DNA of 32,000 bases. It comes from Puniceicoccales bacterium (GTDB lineage Bacteria; Verrucomicrobiota; Verrucomicrobiia; Opitutales; UBA9783). Position 1 is the first letter of the stretch. Each line of letters starts with the position of its first letter. A program made the position numbers and the translations under genes. The notes beneath the pieces were generated by a model that was not told the origin of the DNA, did no database searches, and saw nothing but the letters and a program-made list of their open reading frames with translations. Shown piece by piece: positions 8,187 to 17,959 of the stretch. The stretch is from positions 1-32,000 of the forward strand of contig JAIRMU010000018.1 in NCBI GenBank assembly GCA_031258545.1, in the 5' to 3' direction.

Positions 8187-10496
8187 TTACTTTGTTTTCA
8201 TAACAAATACACCATCCCAATCCAGTGCGGGCGGATGCAATTGCATGTAGGCACAACGCTGCTTGTATATCAAAGAAGGATTTGTGGTGATGCCGACATC
8301 TCTGTTGGGTTGTAAAGGTTCTAGATGTGAAGATTCCTCAAATAATTTGGTAGCTTCGGACCAATCTTGTCGTAAATACATTTGTATACCTTTTTCAAAA
8401 ATGTCGATGCATTCGAAAGTGTTTTCCTGTAAATCCTTTTTCAATCCAACAATTTCGTAAATGCTCAAAGGATGCGTCCGACCTTTAACAATAATGCGGT
8501 CAACAAATCGAAAGACAAGTATATCGCTTTCTCCAATAACGGTTTTGTAAGTATCTTCCGTAACCAATGTATAAACGCCAAATATTTTTGCTCCCGATTC
8601 ACAACGTGCAGCTATGTTGACCGTATCGCCCATCATGGTAAAATTAAATCGTGTAGAAGATCCCATGTTACCCACCGTAGCAAATCCAGTACTGAGACCA
8701 ATACGAGTCCTCATTTGCAAAACTTCTTGAGGCCAATTGATACCCTTTTCTCGACTCCACTTTTCTCTCAAAATACGTTGTTTTTCTTGAATGCGACAAG
8801 TGGCAACGCAGGCATGCAACGCATGAGACTCTAGGTCAAAAGGCGCTCCAAACATGGCGACAACGGCATCGCCAATGTATTTATCAAGCGTTCCGCCTTC
8901 CTGATTGATGACATCGGTAACGGCAGTCAAATACTCATTCATGAGTTTAACCAGATTGGAGGGCGATAAAAGTTCAGAAAAAGTTGAAAAATTTTGAATA
9001 TCACTGAAAAAGGCTGTAATATCTTTTTCAACCCCCCCCAATTGGGGATTATTTTGCGTTTCAATCATGGTGGAAACAATCTCCGGAGATAAGTAATTGC
9101 CAAAAATACTTTTTATCCTTAGCCGCTGTTTGCGTTCCACAAGCATTTGGTATAATGCTCCAAACAATGATAGCGTAAGGAGACAACCTAAAGGCGCAAC
9201 TATGGGACAAGCAATGTACACGGTTGCATCAAAAATACCAAATAAGCCAAATGCCAATAAAAAGTAAACAATAACACCCACCATCAGTAACCTGCTCCAA
9301 CGTTTAATAAAGTCGCTGTACAAAATGATGATGGCTACAAGAAAATTAAGCACAAATACTATCAATAATTCTACAATCCATGAAAAATGCCGTACATAAT
9401 ATTCCGAATAAAGTGTTTTAAACAAATTTGCGTGTGCGGTAATGGAAGGGACTTTTTTTACATCAACGGGCGTGTGAATAAGTGAATCTGTGCCTTCGTA
9501 TGTATTACCCAAGAAAATAAACGCATCGTTAAACTGTGAAAAAAAGGCAAGTGCATGCTCTTTTTCACTTTTAGAAGCATTGGGAGATTGAATAATTTCA
9601 TAATTTTTTAAAACACCGATCAAACTTACCTTTTGATCCTTTGTGGTGGACCACGAAGAAAACCAATTAATTTCCATCAATTGTCTCTTTTGCAGTGGTA
9701 TTTTTCTAATCACCTCCCCTTCTGGATTTAGAAAAATAATCCTAAAGTTATTTTCGTACTTTTCTTCCGGAGAATCATCTCCGTAAATATTAACAAAATC
9801 GTGCGATACTTTGAAAACGTGCATGAGTATTTCCAATCCAAGTGTGTAGTAAATTTGGCTGTGTGTACGTGCATAAAGCGGTACCCAGCGTATCGTTGAG
9901 CCCACATTCATAATAGAATCACCATTTGTAATGCCTGTTTTGATCTTGTTGCCCACAATTTTATTTGAAGGATGGAGAGGATTTTTAACGAGACTAAAGT
10001 CTGTGAATCCCTTATAGATCAATGGAAACGGAATTTCATGCTGCAAAAAGGGTTGTTGTACTTCACCGAACGTATTGTACCAAGCCCCCAAGATCACATT
10101 GGAACTGTTTTCAAAATATTGACGACATGTACGTTCATCATCGTACACACGTTGCTTATCCACCAAATTCGAATATTTTTTATCAAAAAACAAAATATCT
10201 GAAATCAATGCTTGCGGCTTTCCCAGGTTTGTCAAAGCGTATACCGCTTGCGCGTAAAAGCTTAAGGGAACGGGCGCTTCCCCCATAAAATTAATAGCAG
10301 CGTTATCCACATTGACGTAAATAATTTTGGGCATCCGTTGCGTAACTTTACTCTCATTAATATCGCCTCTCAACCAATAACGAAAATCCATAGTTGCATT
10401 TTCCAACCGTTTTGCCCAATCGTAACGCGTACATATCTGCCACGTGAGTGGTAAAAAGAAAAATATAATCAAAACCTTTGCAAAACGTTTAAACAT
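8187..10496 (-). CDS. CHASE2 sensor domain-containing class III adenylate cyclase
   Basis: 769 aa. Architecture: N-terminal TM, a periplasmic domain of about 340 aa beginning with the CHASE2-like motif PKIIYVNVDNAAINFMG...ISDILFFD, three TM helices, then a class III cyclase domain (ITAFFSDIQNFSTFSE, LDKYIGDAVVAMFGAP, FTMMGDTVNIAARCES). A TPR-like C-terminal tail follows. Confidence 0.9.
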   Translation of the reverse strand: MFKRFAKVLIIFFFLPLTWQICTRYDWAKRLENATMDFRYWLRGDINESKVTQRMPKIIYVNVDNAAINFMGEAPVPLSFYAQAVYALTNLGKPQALISDILFFDKKYSNLVDKQRVYDDERTCRQYFENSSNVILGAWYNTFGEVQQPFLQHEIPFPLIYKGFTDFSLVKNPLHPSNKIVGNKIKTGITNGDSIMNVGSTIRWVPLYARTHSQIYYTLGLEILMHVFKVSHDFVNIYGDDSPEEKYENNFRIIFLNPEGEVIRKIPLQKRQLMEINWFSSWSTTKDQKVSLIGVLKNYEIIQSPNASKSEKEHALAFFSQFNDAFIFLGNTYEGTDSLIHTPVDVKKVPSITAHANLFKTLYSEYYVRHFSWIVELLIVFVLNFLVAIIILYSDFIKRWSRLLMVGVIVYFLLAFGLFGIFDATVYIACPIVAPLGCLLTLSLFGALYQMLVERKQRLRIKSIFGNYLSPEIVSTMIETQNNPQLGGVEKDITAFFSDIQNFSTFSELLSPSNLVKLMNEYLTAVTDVINQEGGTLDKYIGDAVVAMFGAPFDLESHALHACVATCRIQEKQRILREKWSREKGINWPQEVLQMRTRIGLSTGFATVGNMGSSTRFNFTMMGDTVNIAARCESGAKIFGVYTLVTEDTYKTVIGESDILVFRFVDRIIVKGRTHPLSIYEIVGLKKDLQENTFECIDIFEKGIQMYLRQDWSEATKLFEESSHLEPLQPNRDVGITTNPSLIYKQRCAYMQLHPPALDWDGVFVMKTK

Positions 10497-10569
10497 AGTT
10501 TATTTCTCAGACGTTTTAGAAGTTGCTGATTTAATTTTAATCTTATTTATAAATAACACAACATAAATA

Positions 10570-11121
10570 ATGTCCTTTTCTTCTTGTCCCTTTAAGCCTT
10601 TCGATGAACAAGCACCCAATTCCACCGAGGCTCAGGCGTGGCAAATTTTTTTTATGCAATGTGCCTACAATTTGGCATTAAAAGCGTGGCATCAAGGTGA
10701 AATTCCCATTGGCGCCATCGCGGTTGTGAACCAGCAAATTGTTAGTCGCGCCTATAACCAGGTGGAGCAAAAAAAAAATGCTTGTGCACATGCCGAAATG
10801 CAAATTTTATACGACCTATTTCAGCAGAAGCGGGATTGGCGCCTGACGGACGTGCACTTGTACGTCACCAAAGAACCGTGTCCCATGTGCAGTGGTGCCA
10901 TTTTTAAGTCAAGAGTACCAAAAGTTGTCGTTGGTGTCTACGACCGTCAACAAGGTTGTTTGGGAGGATGTTTGGATTTTAATCAGCATTTAAAGTTATA
11001 CCATTGCGTAGAAGTTGTTACCGAACCTCTCAATGGCTATTGTGAGACGCTATTAAAAACATTTTTCAAACTGCGGAGAAATGGTAACACACTCCATCTG
11101 CCTCTGGATTGCAAAGCATAA
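10570..11121 (+). CDS. tadA: tRNA adenosine(34) deaminase TadA
   Basis: 183 aa. CDA-fold zinc motifs HAEMQIL and PCPMCSGAI with the correct spacing, plus IPIGAIAV upstream. Confidence 0.9.
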   Translation: MSFSSCPFKPFDEQAPNSTEAQAWQIFFMQCAYNLALKAWHQGEIPIGAIAVVNQQIVSRAYNQVEQKKNACAHAEMQILYDLFQQKRDWRLTDVHLYVTKEPCPMCSGAIFKSRVPKVVVGVYDRQQGCLGGCLDFNQHLKLYHCVEVVTEPLNGYCETLLKTFFKLRRNGNTLHLPLDCKA

Positions 11122-11187
11122 ATTTTAGAACACAGCAGTTAAAATGTGTAACCTATGTCAGCGTGTGTTGTCGCCTAAATCTATATT

Positions 11188-13371
11188 TTACACAAAATCT
11201 ACCGGGTCTACATCCCATAGGGTCGCAACGTTGATGGGCCACCGAAATTGCCGTTGCAACTGCATTAGACAAGGCAAATCCTTCAAAACATCCCGTGAAA
11301 AAAACAAAACATGTTGTCGATAATAATTGTTTACCTTACCCAGGGGAGGTACAGCGGGTCCCAAAATTGCAATGTGCTCGCTTTGCAAATTTTTTTGTAA
11401 AAATGAATCCCACTGTTGGCATGCATATGCAAGTACACTTTCGGAGTGGCTCCGTAAAATTTGACGCATAATATGCCGGTGAGGAGGATAACCGTATCGA
11501 TCGCGCAGCCGGCATTCTTGATTCAGAAAGTCTTCGACGTTGCCCGCTACACCCAATTGAACGCAAGGTGCGTCCGGAGAAAATGTTTGTACAACCACTT
11601 CACCCATTTGATCCGCTCTGCCAGCCCTGCCGCCAACTTGAACAAGCAACTGAAAGGTTCTTTCGGCGGCCCGAAAGTCGTTTACGTTAAGTTGCCCATC
11701 CGCCTGTATGACTCCGACCAAAGTTACGTTGGGAAAATCCAGACCTTTGGCAATCATTTGGGTACCAATTAAAATATCGTACCGTTGTGACAACATTTGC
11801 TCATACCAATCGGGATTTGAAGAGACCGTATCGGCATCCAATCTAAGGACACGGGCCCTCGGATATAATCTTTGGAGGCAAGCTTCAATGCGCTGCGTCC
11901 CAAGACCTCGACTTTTTTCAAAAAACCCGCCACAATGGGGGCACATTTTGGGCATTGGTAGGGTACGTTCACACGCATGACACTTTGCAACTTGTTGGCT
12001 GCGATGATAGACTAAATGAGCACTGCAGCAAGGACATGTGGCGTATTTCCCACACGCGTTACATTGCAAAAAAGGTGCGTAGCCGCGGCGATTCAAAAAT
12101 AATAAACTTTGCTCTTTGCGATCCAACCGATCGCTCAACTTTTCTCTCAACAAAGTGGATAGCATAAATGCGCCTTCGAAGTTAGGTTTTTCAAACGACA
12201 TATTAACCGTGTAAACTTTCGGCAAACATCGATTGTAGGGTCTATGGACAATGCGGTGCAACGTGTATTGACCGTTTTGGACATTGAACCAGGTTTCCAA
12301 CGAAGGTGTTGCCGAACCCAGTACGCAAACCGAATTATTGAGCAATGCCCGATGTATGGCCAAATCACGACCGTGATATCGAGGGGTATCCGATTGTTTA
12401 TACGCAGGTTCGTGCTCTTCATCAACAATCACCAACCCAAGTCGACCCAAAGGTAAGAACAGGGCAGAACGTGTTCCCATAACAACGTCTATTGTACCGT
12501 TTAGCGCATTTTCCCAAATACGCAACCGTTCTCTTTCGCCCAATCGGCTGTGCCAAACCTCTACTTTAACTTCGTTTAGGCACAAACGCAGAGAAATTTT
12601 TTTGAGCGCCTGTTCCGTTAAAGCAATCTCCGGAACCAAATACAAAGTTTGCAAACCCAATTGCCGTGCGTACAATATGAGTTGATGATAGATTTCCGTT
12701 TTCCCAGATCCCGTAACTCCCAATAACACGTGCGTCGAGTGGATTTTTTTGGAAAAATCGGGACAAATTGAATGTACGACGCGCATCTGTTCGTCCGTCA
12801 AGTGAAATGGTGTACTGATTGAATCAGGTACCGACGGATATGTGGGTTCCATTGGAAACTTTTCTACGTACCCTTTCCCAATGAGCGCTTGTATCACTTG
12901 CGAACTTTTGGGAAATTGTTTCACCACGCGATGGTACGTCGTATCCCCCTGTTGCTGCAGCCATCGATAAATTGCCCTTTGCCTAATGCTATTTTCGCGA
13001 AAAATGGCCACGCACCGCGTAAGTCGCAGCCCGTATGTGGGCAAGTAAGTTTTCTCTTGGCGAACCATTGCCGGCAAAATGGCTCCAAATGCCGTTGATA
13101 GGGTACACCCATAATAGCGCACAAGCCACTCTGCCAAAAGGATGAGATCGGACGTCAGAACAGGTTTGTCAAACACGACGTCCAGGACCGTTTGATACGA
13201 ACAACAAGCCTCCGTAGGACGCACTTCAAGGGCTTTAACGACACCTAAACATACCCTATTGCGTACCTGAATTTTCACCATGGATCCCACTTGAAGACCC
13301 GGTATACCGTGGTAAATAAGCCCTCGATGGGTTCCGATGAGAGGCAGTACTTCAACAAAAAAGTTTCCCAT
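11188..13371 (-). CDS. priA: Primosomal protein N' (replication restart helicase PriA)
   Basis: 727 aa. Walker A GVTGSGKTE, DEEH box (VIVDEEHEPAYK), a Cys-rich zinc-binding insertion (CNACGKYATCPCCSAHLVYH...CHACE...CPHCGG), and a C-terminal PriA winged-helix region. Confidence 0.95.
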   Translation of the reverse strand: MGNFFVEVLPLIGTHRGLIYHGIPGLQVGSMVKIQVRNRVCLGVVKALEVRPTEACCSYQTVLDVVFDKPVLTSDLILLAEWLVRYYGCTLSTAFGAILPAMVRQEKTYLPTYGLRLTRCVAIFRENSIRQRAIYRWLQQQGDTTYHRVVKQFPKSSQVIQALIGKGYVEKFPMEPTYPSVPDSISTPFHLTDEQMRVVHSICPDFSKKIHSTHVLLGVTGSGKTEIYHQLILYARQLGLQTLYLVPEIALTEQALKKISLRLCLNEVKVEVWHSRLGERERLRIWENALNGTIDVVMGTRSALFLPLGRLGLVIVDEEHEPAYKQSDTPRYHGRDLAIHRALLNNSVCVLGSATPSLETWFNVQNGQYTLHRIVHRPYNRCLPKVYTVNMSFEKPNFEGAFMLSTLLREKLSDRLDRKEQSLLFLNRRGYAPFLQCNACGKYATCPCCSAHLVYHRSQQVAKCHACERTLPMPKMCPHCGGFFEKSRGLGTQRIEACLQRLYPRARVLRLDADTVSSNPDWYEQMLSQRYDILIGTQMIAKGLDFPNVTLVGVIQADGQLNVNDFRAAERTFQLLVQVGGRAGRADQMGEVVVQTFSPDAPCVQLGVAGNVEDFLNQECRLRDRYGYPPHRHIMRQILRSHSESVLAYACQQWDSFLQKNLQSEHIAILGPAVPPLGKVNNYYRQHVLFFSRDVLKDLPCLMQLQRQFRWPINVATLWDVDPVDFV

Positions 13372-13401
13372 GGTACAGGCCCTATAGCCTTTTGACGCTT
13401 A

Positions 13402-13977
13402 TTAAGGCATTTCCCAGGCAAAACTTTCCAATTCACTCATCAATTCATTTTCGGGGCCGTACAAGAAAATTTTCCAACACACCAACTGTGTTTTGGAAGT
13501 GTATTTTTTATCATCCGTTATGCCCAAATACAGTTCGTTGCGAAAGCATCCTCGCAGATTGGGAACCGTCCAAGTGCAGACGGCTTCGTGTGGGGTTGAA
13601 TCCGTAATGAAATGAAGAACAATCTTGCTACCTTCCGGAATCCGTTGCAATGCCCCATTCATCATAACAATGAAATAAATTCCTTCCCGACGTTGAGGAT
13701 CTGAACGTAAAAATATACGACCGCCTTTGGATTCACTTTTTTTAAAGGCTTCTATAATACCTTTAAAACTGTCTTCACCGCGGTATTGCATACGCAAAGA
13801 TTCAAAATGAACCCCGAGGCGTTTGCTCGCCTTATGGGGCGCATCAAGAGTAACATGTTTTGAGCATCCGACGGTCAATAAGCAGGTTAAACAAACGTAT
13901 TTCCACATAAATTGATGCATCACATTAATCACTTTTTTTATTAACGCAACCTTTGGGTCCAAATTTTTTGCACCCAT
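13402..13977 (-). CDS. Hypothetical lipoprotein
   Basis: 191-aa ORF. The internal Met20 (start at 13920) gives MHQFMWKYVCLTCLLTVGCS, a signal peptide with lipobox L-T-V-G-C. It lies 30 nt upstream of priA on the same strand. No family recognised. Confidence 0.5.
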   Translation of the reverse strand: MGAKNLDPKVALIKKVINVMHQFMWKYVCLTCLLTVGCSKHVTLDAPHKASKRLGVHFESLRMQYRGEDSFKGIIEAFKKSESKGGRIFLRSDPQRREGIYFIVMMNGALQRIPEGSKIVLHFITDSTPHEAVCTWTVPNLRGCFRNELYLGITDDKKYTSKTQLVCWKIFLYGPENELMSELESFAWEMP

Positions 13978-14125
13978 AACCGTTCCACACGTACCTTTTA
14001 AAATTTCGTTTAACTTACTGTGATGTCATCGGAAAATTAAATTTCACGGTATGTTAAGTTTTACAAAAACCCCAGCAAATCGCTTGACAATGGCGTGTAT
14101 AGGGACGTTCATAGTAGGCTTACCT

Positions 14126-14593
14126 ATGGAACCAACGTTGCGCGTAGATGTGCAGGATAAGACTCGCAAAACAAGACGCCGACAACAGCGTCAATGTATT
14201 GTTGAATGCCTCTACATGTGGGATATGCAACAGGATGTTGCCATGGAGACTTTGTTTAAAAATTACTGCGAAGAACGCTGTACAGAAATGGATGCCAGTA
14301 TTCTAAATTCGGATTTCGTTATCAACATGTTACAGGGAGTCGTGTGTTCTAAAATTGCCATCGATGCCTATATTCAAAATTGTGCAAAAAATTGGACTTT
14401 CTCTCGCATTGCAAAAATGGATCTGGCCATCCTAAGGCTTGCCTTATTTGAACTACTTTTCTGCAAAAAAGTACCCGCCCCTGTTATTATCAATGAAGCC
14501 ATTGAGCTTAGTAAAACTTACTCGTCCGAAGATTCAAGGCGTTTCATCAACGGAATACTCGATCAGTTGGCCAAAGAAAGGGAGGTGCATTGA
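14126..14593 (+). CDS. nusB: Transcription antitermination factor NusB
   Basis: The C-terminal FSRIAKMDLAILRLALFELLF...PAPVIINEAIELSKTYSSEDSRRFINGILDQL is canonical NusB. The basic N-terminus RRRQQRQCIVECLYMW matches the NusB start. The ORF opens at 14051, but the extra 25 residues are hydrophobic and atypical, so Met at 14126 is preferred. Confidence 0.85.
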   Translation: MEPTLRVDVQDKTRKTRRRQQRQCIVECLYMWDMQQDVAMETLFKNYCEERCTEMDASILNSDFVINMLQGVVCSKIAIDAYIQNCAKNWTFSRIAKMDLAILRLALFELLFCKKVPAPVIINEAIELSKTYSSEDSRRFINGILDQLAKEREVH

Positions 14594-15516
14594 TGTTTGA
14601 AATATTTAAAAAAATTAAAGATGGATTCGTCAATACGCACAAAAAGCTGTGGGCCGGTTTATTAAATCCTTTCAGAAAAGGTGCATCATTTGCATCCGAA
14701 ACCCTAGAACAACTGGAAGCAAATCTGTACGGTGCAGACTTTGGTCCTGAAGTGGTCGAAAAGGTTATGCAGGAAATTAAAAACGCGGATCCCAAACATT
14801 GCTCATTGCACCAACTGGTTCGACTTACCTTGGCAACAATGCTCCGGGATTCCGAAGGCACCCTTCCGTCCGATGCGCAACAACCGCAAGTGGTATTGCT
14901 TTTGGGAGTCAATGGGGTTGGAAAAACAACGACGGCTGCCAAACTGGCCTATTACCTGCAGACACAAAATGCAAAAGTTTTGTTGGGCTCATGCGACACT
15001 TTTAGAGCAGCGGCCGATCAACAGCTCAATCGGTGGGCAGAACAACTTCACATTGAGTGCGTAAGGAGTCACCAAGGCGCGGATGCCGCCGCCGTAGCTC
15101 ACGATACATGCCAAGCCGGGATATATCGAAATTATAATTGGATTTTGCTGGATACGGCTGGCCGTTTACACAATAAAACCCATTTGGTGGAAGAATTAAA
15201 AAAGATTGTCCGGGTAACTAAAAAATTTCAGGACAACTTTCCCCAACACAGGTGGTTGGTCGTTGACGGATCGCTCGGCACAAATTCAATAACGCAGGCA
15301 AAGGTATTTCACGAGGCGGTTGGCTTAACGGGTATAATTGTTACAAAATTAGACGGAACCAGTAAAGGTGGAGCCATCGTCGGGATTCACGACCAACTCA
15401 AATTGCCCATCTATTTTATTGGCCTGGGTGAAGCCTGCGACGATTTGCAAAAATTTTCCTATGCATCGTACTTGGATGCCATTATAGGTTCCACCAACGA
15501 TTCTTCGGCATGTTAG
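14593..15516 (+). CDS. ftsY: Signal recognition particle receptor FtsY (short form, NG domain only)
   Basis: SRP GTPase motifs GVNGVGKTTTAAKLA, DTAGR, TKLDGTSKGG and a DARGG-equivalent. The ATG at 14593 overlaps the nusB TGA by 1 nt (TGATG). The track start at 14590 is a TTG. Confidence 0.9.
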   Translation: MFEIFKKIKDGFVNTHKKLWAGLLNPFRKGASFASETLEQLEANLYGADFGPEVVEKVMQEIKNADPKHCSLHQLVRLTLATMLRDSEGTLPSDAQQPQVVLLLGVNGVGKTTTAAKLAYYLQTQNAKVLLGSCDTFRAAADQQLNRWAEQLHIECVRSHQGADAAAVAHDTCQAGIYRNYNWILLDTAGRLHNKTHLVEELKKIVRVTKKFQDNFPQHRWLVVDGSLGTNSITQAKVFHEAVGLTGIIVTKLDGTSKGGAIVGIHDQLKLPIYFIGLGEACDDLQKFSYASYLDAIIGSTNDSSAC

Positions 15517-16766
15517 TTGCAACTTTAATAGGCATTGCCTTGGGCATCCTTTTGGCTTACATATTCTGGAGAGAACGTATTACCAAAGGTGCCCTCTATG
15601 ACCAAAAAAACATAGATTGCATCAAGTTGGAAAGCGTTTGCGAAGCCGAAAAGATCCTCAGTCAAACGTACAAGCAACAATTGGATGCCATACAAGAACA
15701 TCTGCCACAGCAATTTAAACATGTTTCCCTGGAATTGTTTAAAGAAAATGCGCAAACCTTTATGCATTTGGCGGAAGAGGGCATGAAAAAATGTGCCGCC
15801 GAGGCCAAAGAAGCGCTCGGAGGGCAAAGGCTACTGCTTGAAAAAACATTAGATCCCATCAAAGAAGGCCTAAAAGATTTTTCCGAAAAGCTAGATTGTT
15901 TTGAACACAACCGACTGCAAACGCATTCAAGTCTCAAAGAACATCTCGAGAATCTCAATCAAATGCAGTTGCGCTTGGAAAGTAAAACAGAACTCCTATC
16001 GCGGGCTTTGTGTAATTCCAATACGCGCGGTCATTGGGGAGAAATGCAGTTGCGTCGAGTCGTCGAAACGGCGGGCATGATTGAATACGTCGATTTCAAC
16101 GTACAACAGACCATCCACAACGGTTTATTGCGTCCCGATATGCTGATACATCTACCCAACCAACGTACCGTCATCGTGGATGCCAAAACACCCCAGTGGG
16201 ATAACTTTTTAACGGCTGTTCAAGGTACAAATAACGAAACAGACACCGATAAGGAACTTAAAAATTGTTGTCAGCGCATTCGAGATTTAATCGCAAAACT
16301 GGGAACGAAATCCTACGACAATTTCTTGGATCAATCCGCCGATTTTGTAGTTCTATTTTTTCCGGGTGAATGGATTTTTAGTCGTGCGCTGCAAATGGAT
16401 GCTTCTCTCATCGAATACGCCTGTTACCACAACGTCGTATTCGCAACCCCTACCACGCTCATCGCTTTACTAAAAGCCGTACATTATGGTTGGCGTCAAA
16501 ATAAAATGCTTGAAGACATCAAAGAAATCGGAGCTTTGGGCAATGAATTATATGAACGCATGTTAACGTTCGGCAATTATTTTCAAGATTTACGCAAAAA
16601 TTTGTCAAAAACGGTCGAAAGCTACAACCAACTCCTAGGCTCTTTGGAAGCACGTGTCTTGCCTTCCGCAAAGAAACTCAACGCCTTTGCCAAAAAAAAT
16701 GTAGCATTTGAGCTTCCTGCCCCCATCGAAGAAGACCTCAGAAATAGCCAATGCGTGCAACATTAA
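15510..16766 (+). CDS. rmuC: DNA recombination protein RmuC
   Basis: 418 aa. N-terminal TM, a long coiled coil, then the RmuC nuclease-like core (RGHWGEMQLRRVVETAGM...VIVDAKTP...ADFVVLFFPGE). Overlaps the ftsY stop by 7 nt. Confidence 0.9.
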   Translation: MLVATLIGIALGILLAYIFWRERITKGALYDQKNIDCIKLESVCEAEKILSQTYKQQLDAIQEHLPQQFKHVSLELFKENAQTFMHLAEEGMKKCAAEAKEALGGQRLLLEKTLDPIKEGLKDFSEKLDCFEHNRLQTHSSLKEHLENLNQMQLRLESKTELLSRALCNSNTRGHWGEMQLRRVVETAGMIEYVDFNVQQTIHNGLLRPDMLIHLPNQRTVIVDAKTPQWDNFLTAVQGTNNETDTDKELKNCCQRIRDLIAKLGTKSYDNFLDQSADFVVLFFPGEWIFSRALQMDASLIEYACYHNVVFATPTTLIALLKAVHYGWRQNKMLEDIKEIGALGNELYERMLTFGNYFQDLRKNLSKTVESYNQLLGSLEARVLPSAKKLNAFAKKNVAFELPAPIEEDLRNSQCVQH

Positions 16767-17125
16767 CCCTTGACAGGCATAACCCAAAAAGGCTTAAGGG
16801 GATGCTTGTGTACACAATCGGAGACTCGTTCTCACATCTATCACATAGTCTATTATTTTTCTCCAACCAGATTATCCACAGAATAAAAACTTACGACTGC
16901 AGGTCAAAAGACAATTGCTTTTTACCCTAAAGAGGCGCTAGACGAAAAATGGCTTGAGCAAAATACAAGCGTGGTCCTTGTCTTGTGAAATGGCTTATTG
17001 TTTCCATCTACGCACATACCTAATGTAGATGGAGATGAACCTGCATCATTTCGCAATGTTTCATCTCCAAAGCCTTGCTTTCGTTGGCAGATCTGTTTAA
17101 CTTGGCATAACAAGTTTCAATATTT

Positions 17126-17959
17126 ATGACGACCTTACCTGCGAGTCTATCATTGTTAGTCTACTTTATCTCGGGTGCCATCGTGGGAAGTTTTCTCAAC
17201 GTATGCATATTACGCTTGCCCGGCCACCGATCCATCGTAAAGCCGCGCTCCAAATGTTACCATTGCTCGAAACCTATCCCTTGGTTTTACAATATTCCAA
17301 TTCTAACATGGTTTTGGCTAAGAGGAAAAACGGCCTGCTGCCGTAAGCGTTTGCCCATACGCTATCCGCTTGTGGAATGTTTAACCGGGTTACTTGCCGT
17401 TGTCGTCGGTTTGTACGTGCACACGGCTCCCATTGCAATATTCACCCTCGCTTGTTTACTTTTGGTGGCTTTTTTTACAGATGTTGACACGATGCTTATT
17501 CCGGATGAAATCACGTTAGGTGGTATAGTTGTAGGATGTCTTTTTTGTTTCTTTTATCCGGAACTGCAACGTGCGCCGACACCTCTCATGGGTATGCTTC
17601 GAAGCTTGCAAAACACTTGCCTGGCCATGGGAGGACTTTTTGGATTTGCCAGTTTTGCAGAATTTTTCTTGAAAAAAGAAGCCATGGGCTTGGGGGACGT
17701 AAAATTGTTAGGTTGCATCGGCGCCTTCTGCGGATGGGAAACGTGCTGTTTTGCAATTTTTTTTGGTGCAACATTGGGAACGTGCTTTTTTGTCATCGTA
17801 GCACTTATTCAAAGATTTAAAGGGAAACGTGTACATCTCATGCATAAAATGATTCCTTTCGGCCCTTTCATTGTTGTGGCTACCTTGTGCGACGTGCTCG
17901 TGGAACCTCACCTTTCGGAAAAATATGTGTCGTTCATACTCTTGGAAAAAATGATGTAA
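17126..17959 (+). CDS. pilD: Prepilin peptidase (A24 family, PilD/GspO type)
   Basis: 277 aa. N-terminus GAIVGSFLNVCILRLP, Cys motif CYHCSKPIPWFYNIPI...CCRKRL, and catalytic Asp regions FFTDVDTMLIPDE and GLGDVKLLG. Confidence 0.9.
   Translation: MTTLPASLSLLVYFISGAIVGSFLNVCILRLPGHRSIVKPRSKCYHCSKPIPWFYNIPILTWFWLRGKTACCRKRLPIRYPLVECLTGLLAVVVGLYVHTAPIAIFTLACLLLVAFFTDVDTMLIPDEITLGGIVVGCLFCFFYPELQRAPTPLMGMLRSLQNTCLAMGGLFGFASFAEFFLKKEAMGLGDVKLLGCIGAFCGWETCCFAIFFGATLGTCFFVIVALIQRFKGKRVHLMHKMIPFGPFIVVATLCDVLVEPHLSEKYVSFILLEKMM

Noticed and set aside
14547-14942. 131-aa minus-strand ORF antisense to ftsY, plus the nested plus-strand ORFs at 14732-15064 and 14799-15005
   Set aside because: They lie inside the well-supported FtsY coding sequence (GTPase motifs in frame). 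These are shadow frames.
16922-17113. 63-aa minus-strand ORF in the rmuC / pilD spacer
   Set aside because: It is barely above the length cut-off and has no signal peptide, TM segment or motif. It is antisense to the putative pilD leader, and the hairpins there explain the sequence constraints at least as well.
17100-17120. Possible sigma54 promoter read from TTGGCATAA motifs (also at 6720 and 8037)
   Set aside because: The TGGCAT resembles the -24 element. However, the required GG-N10-GC spacing fails at all three sites: the -12 position reads TT, not GC.
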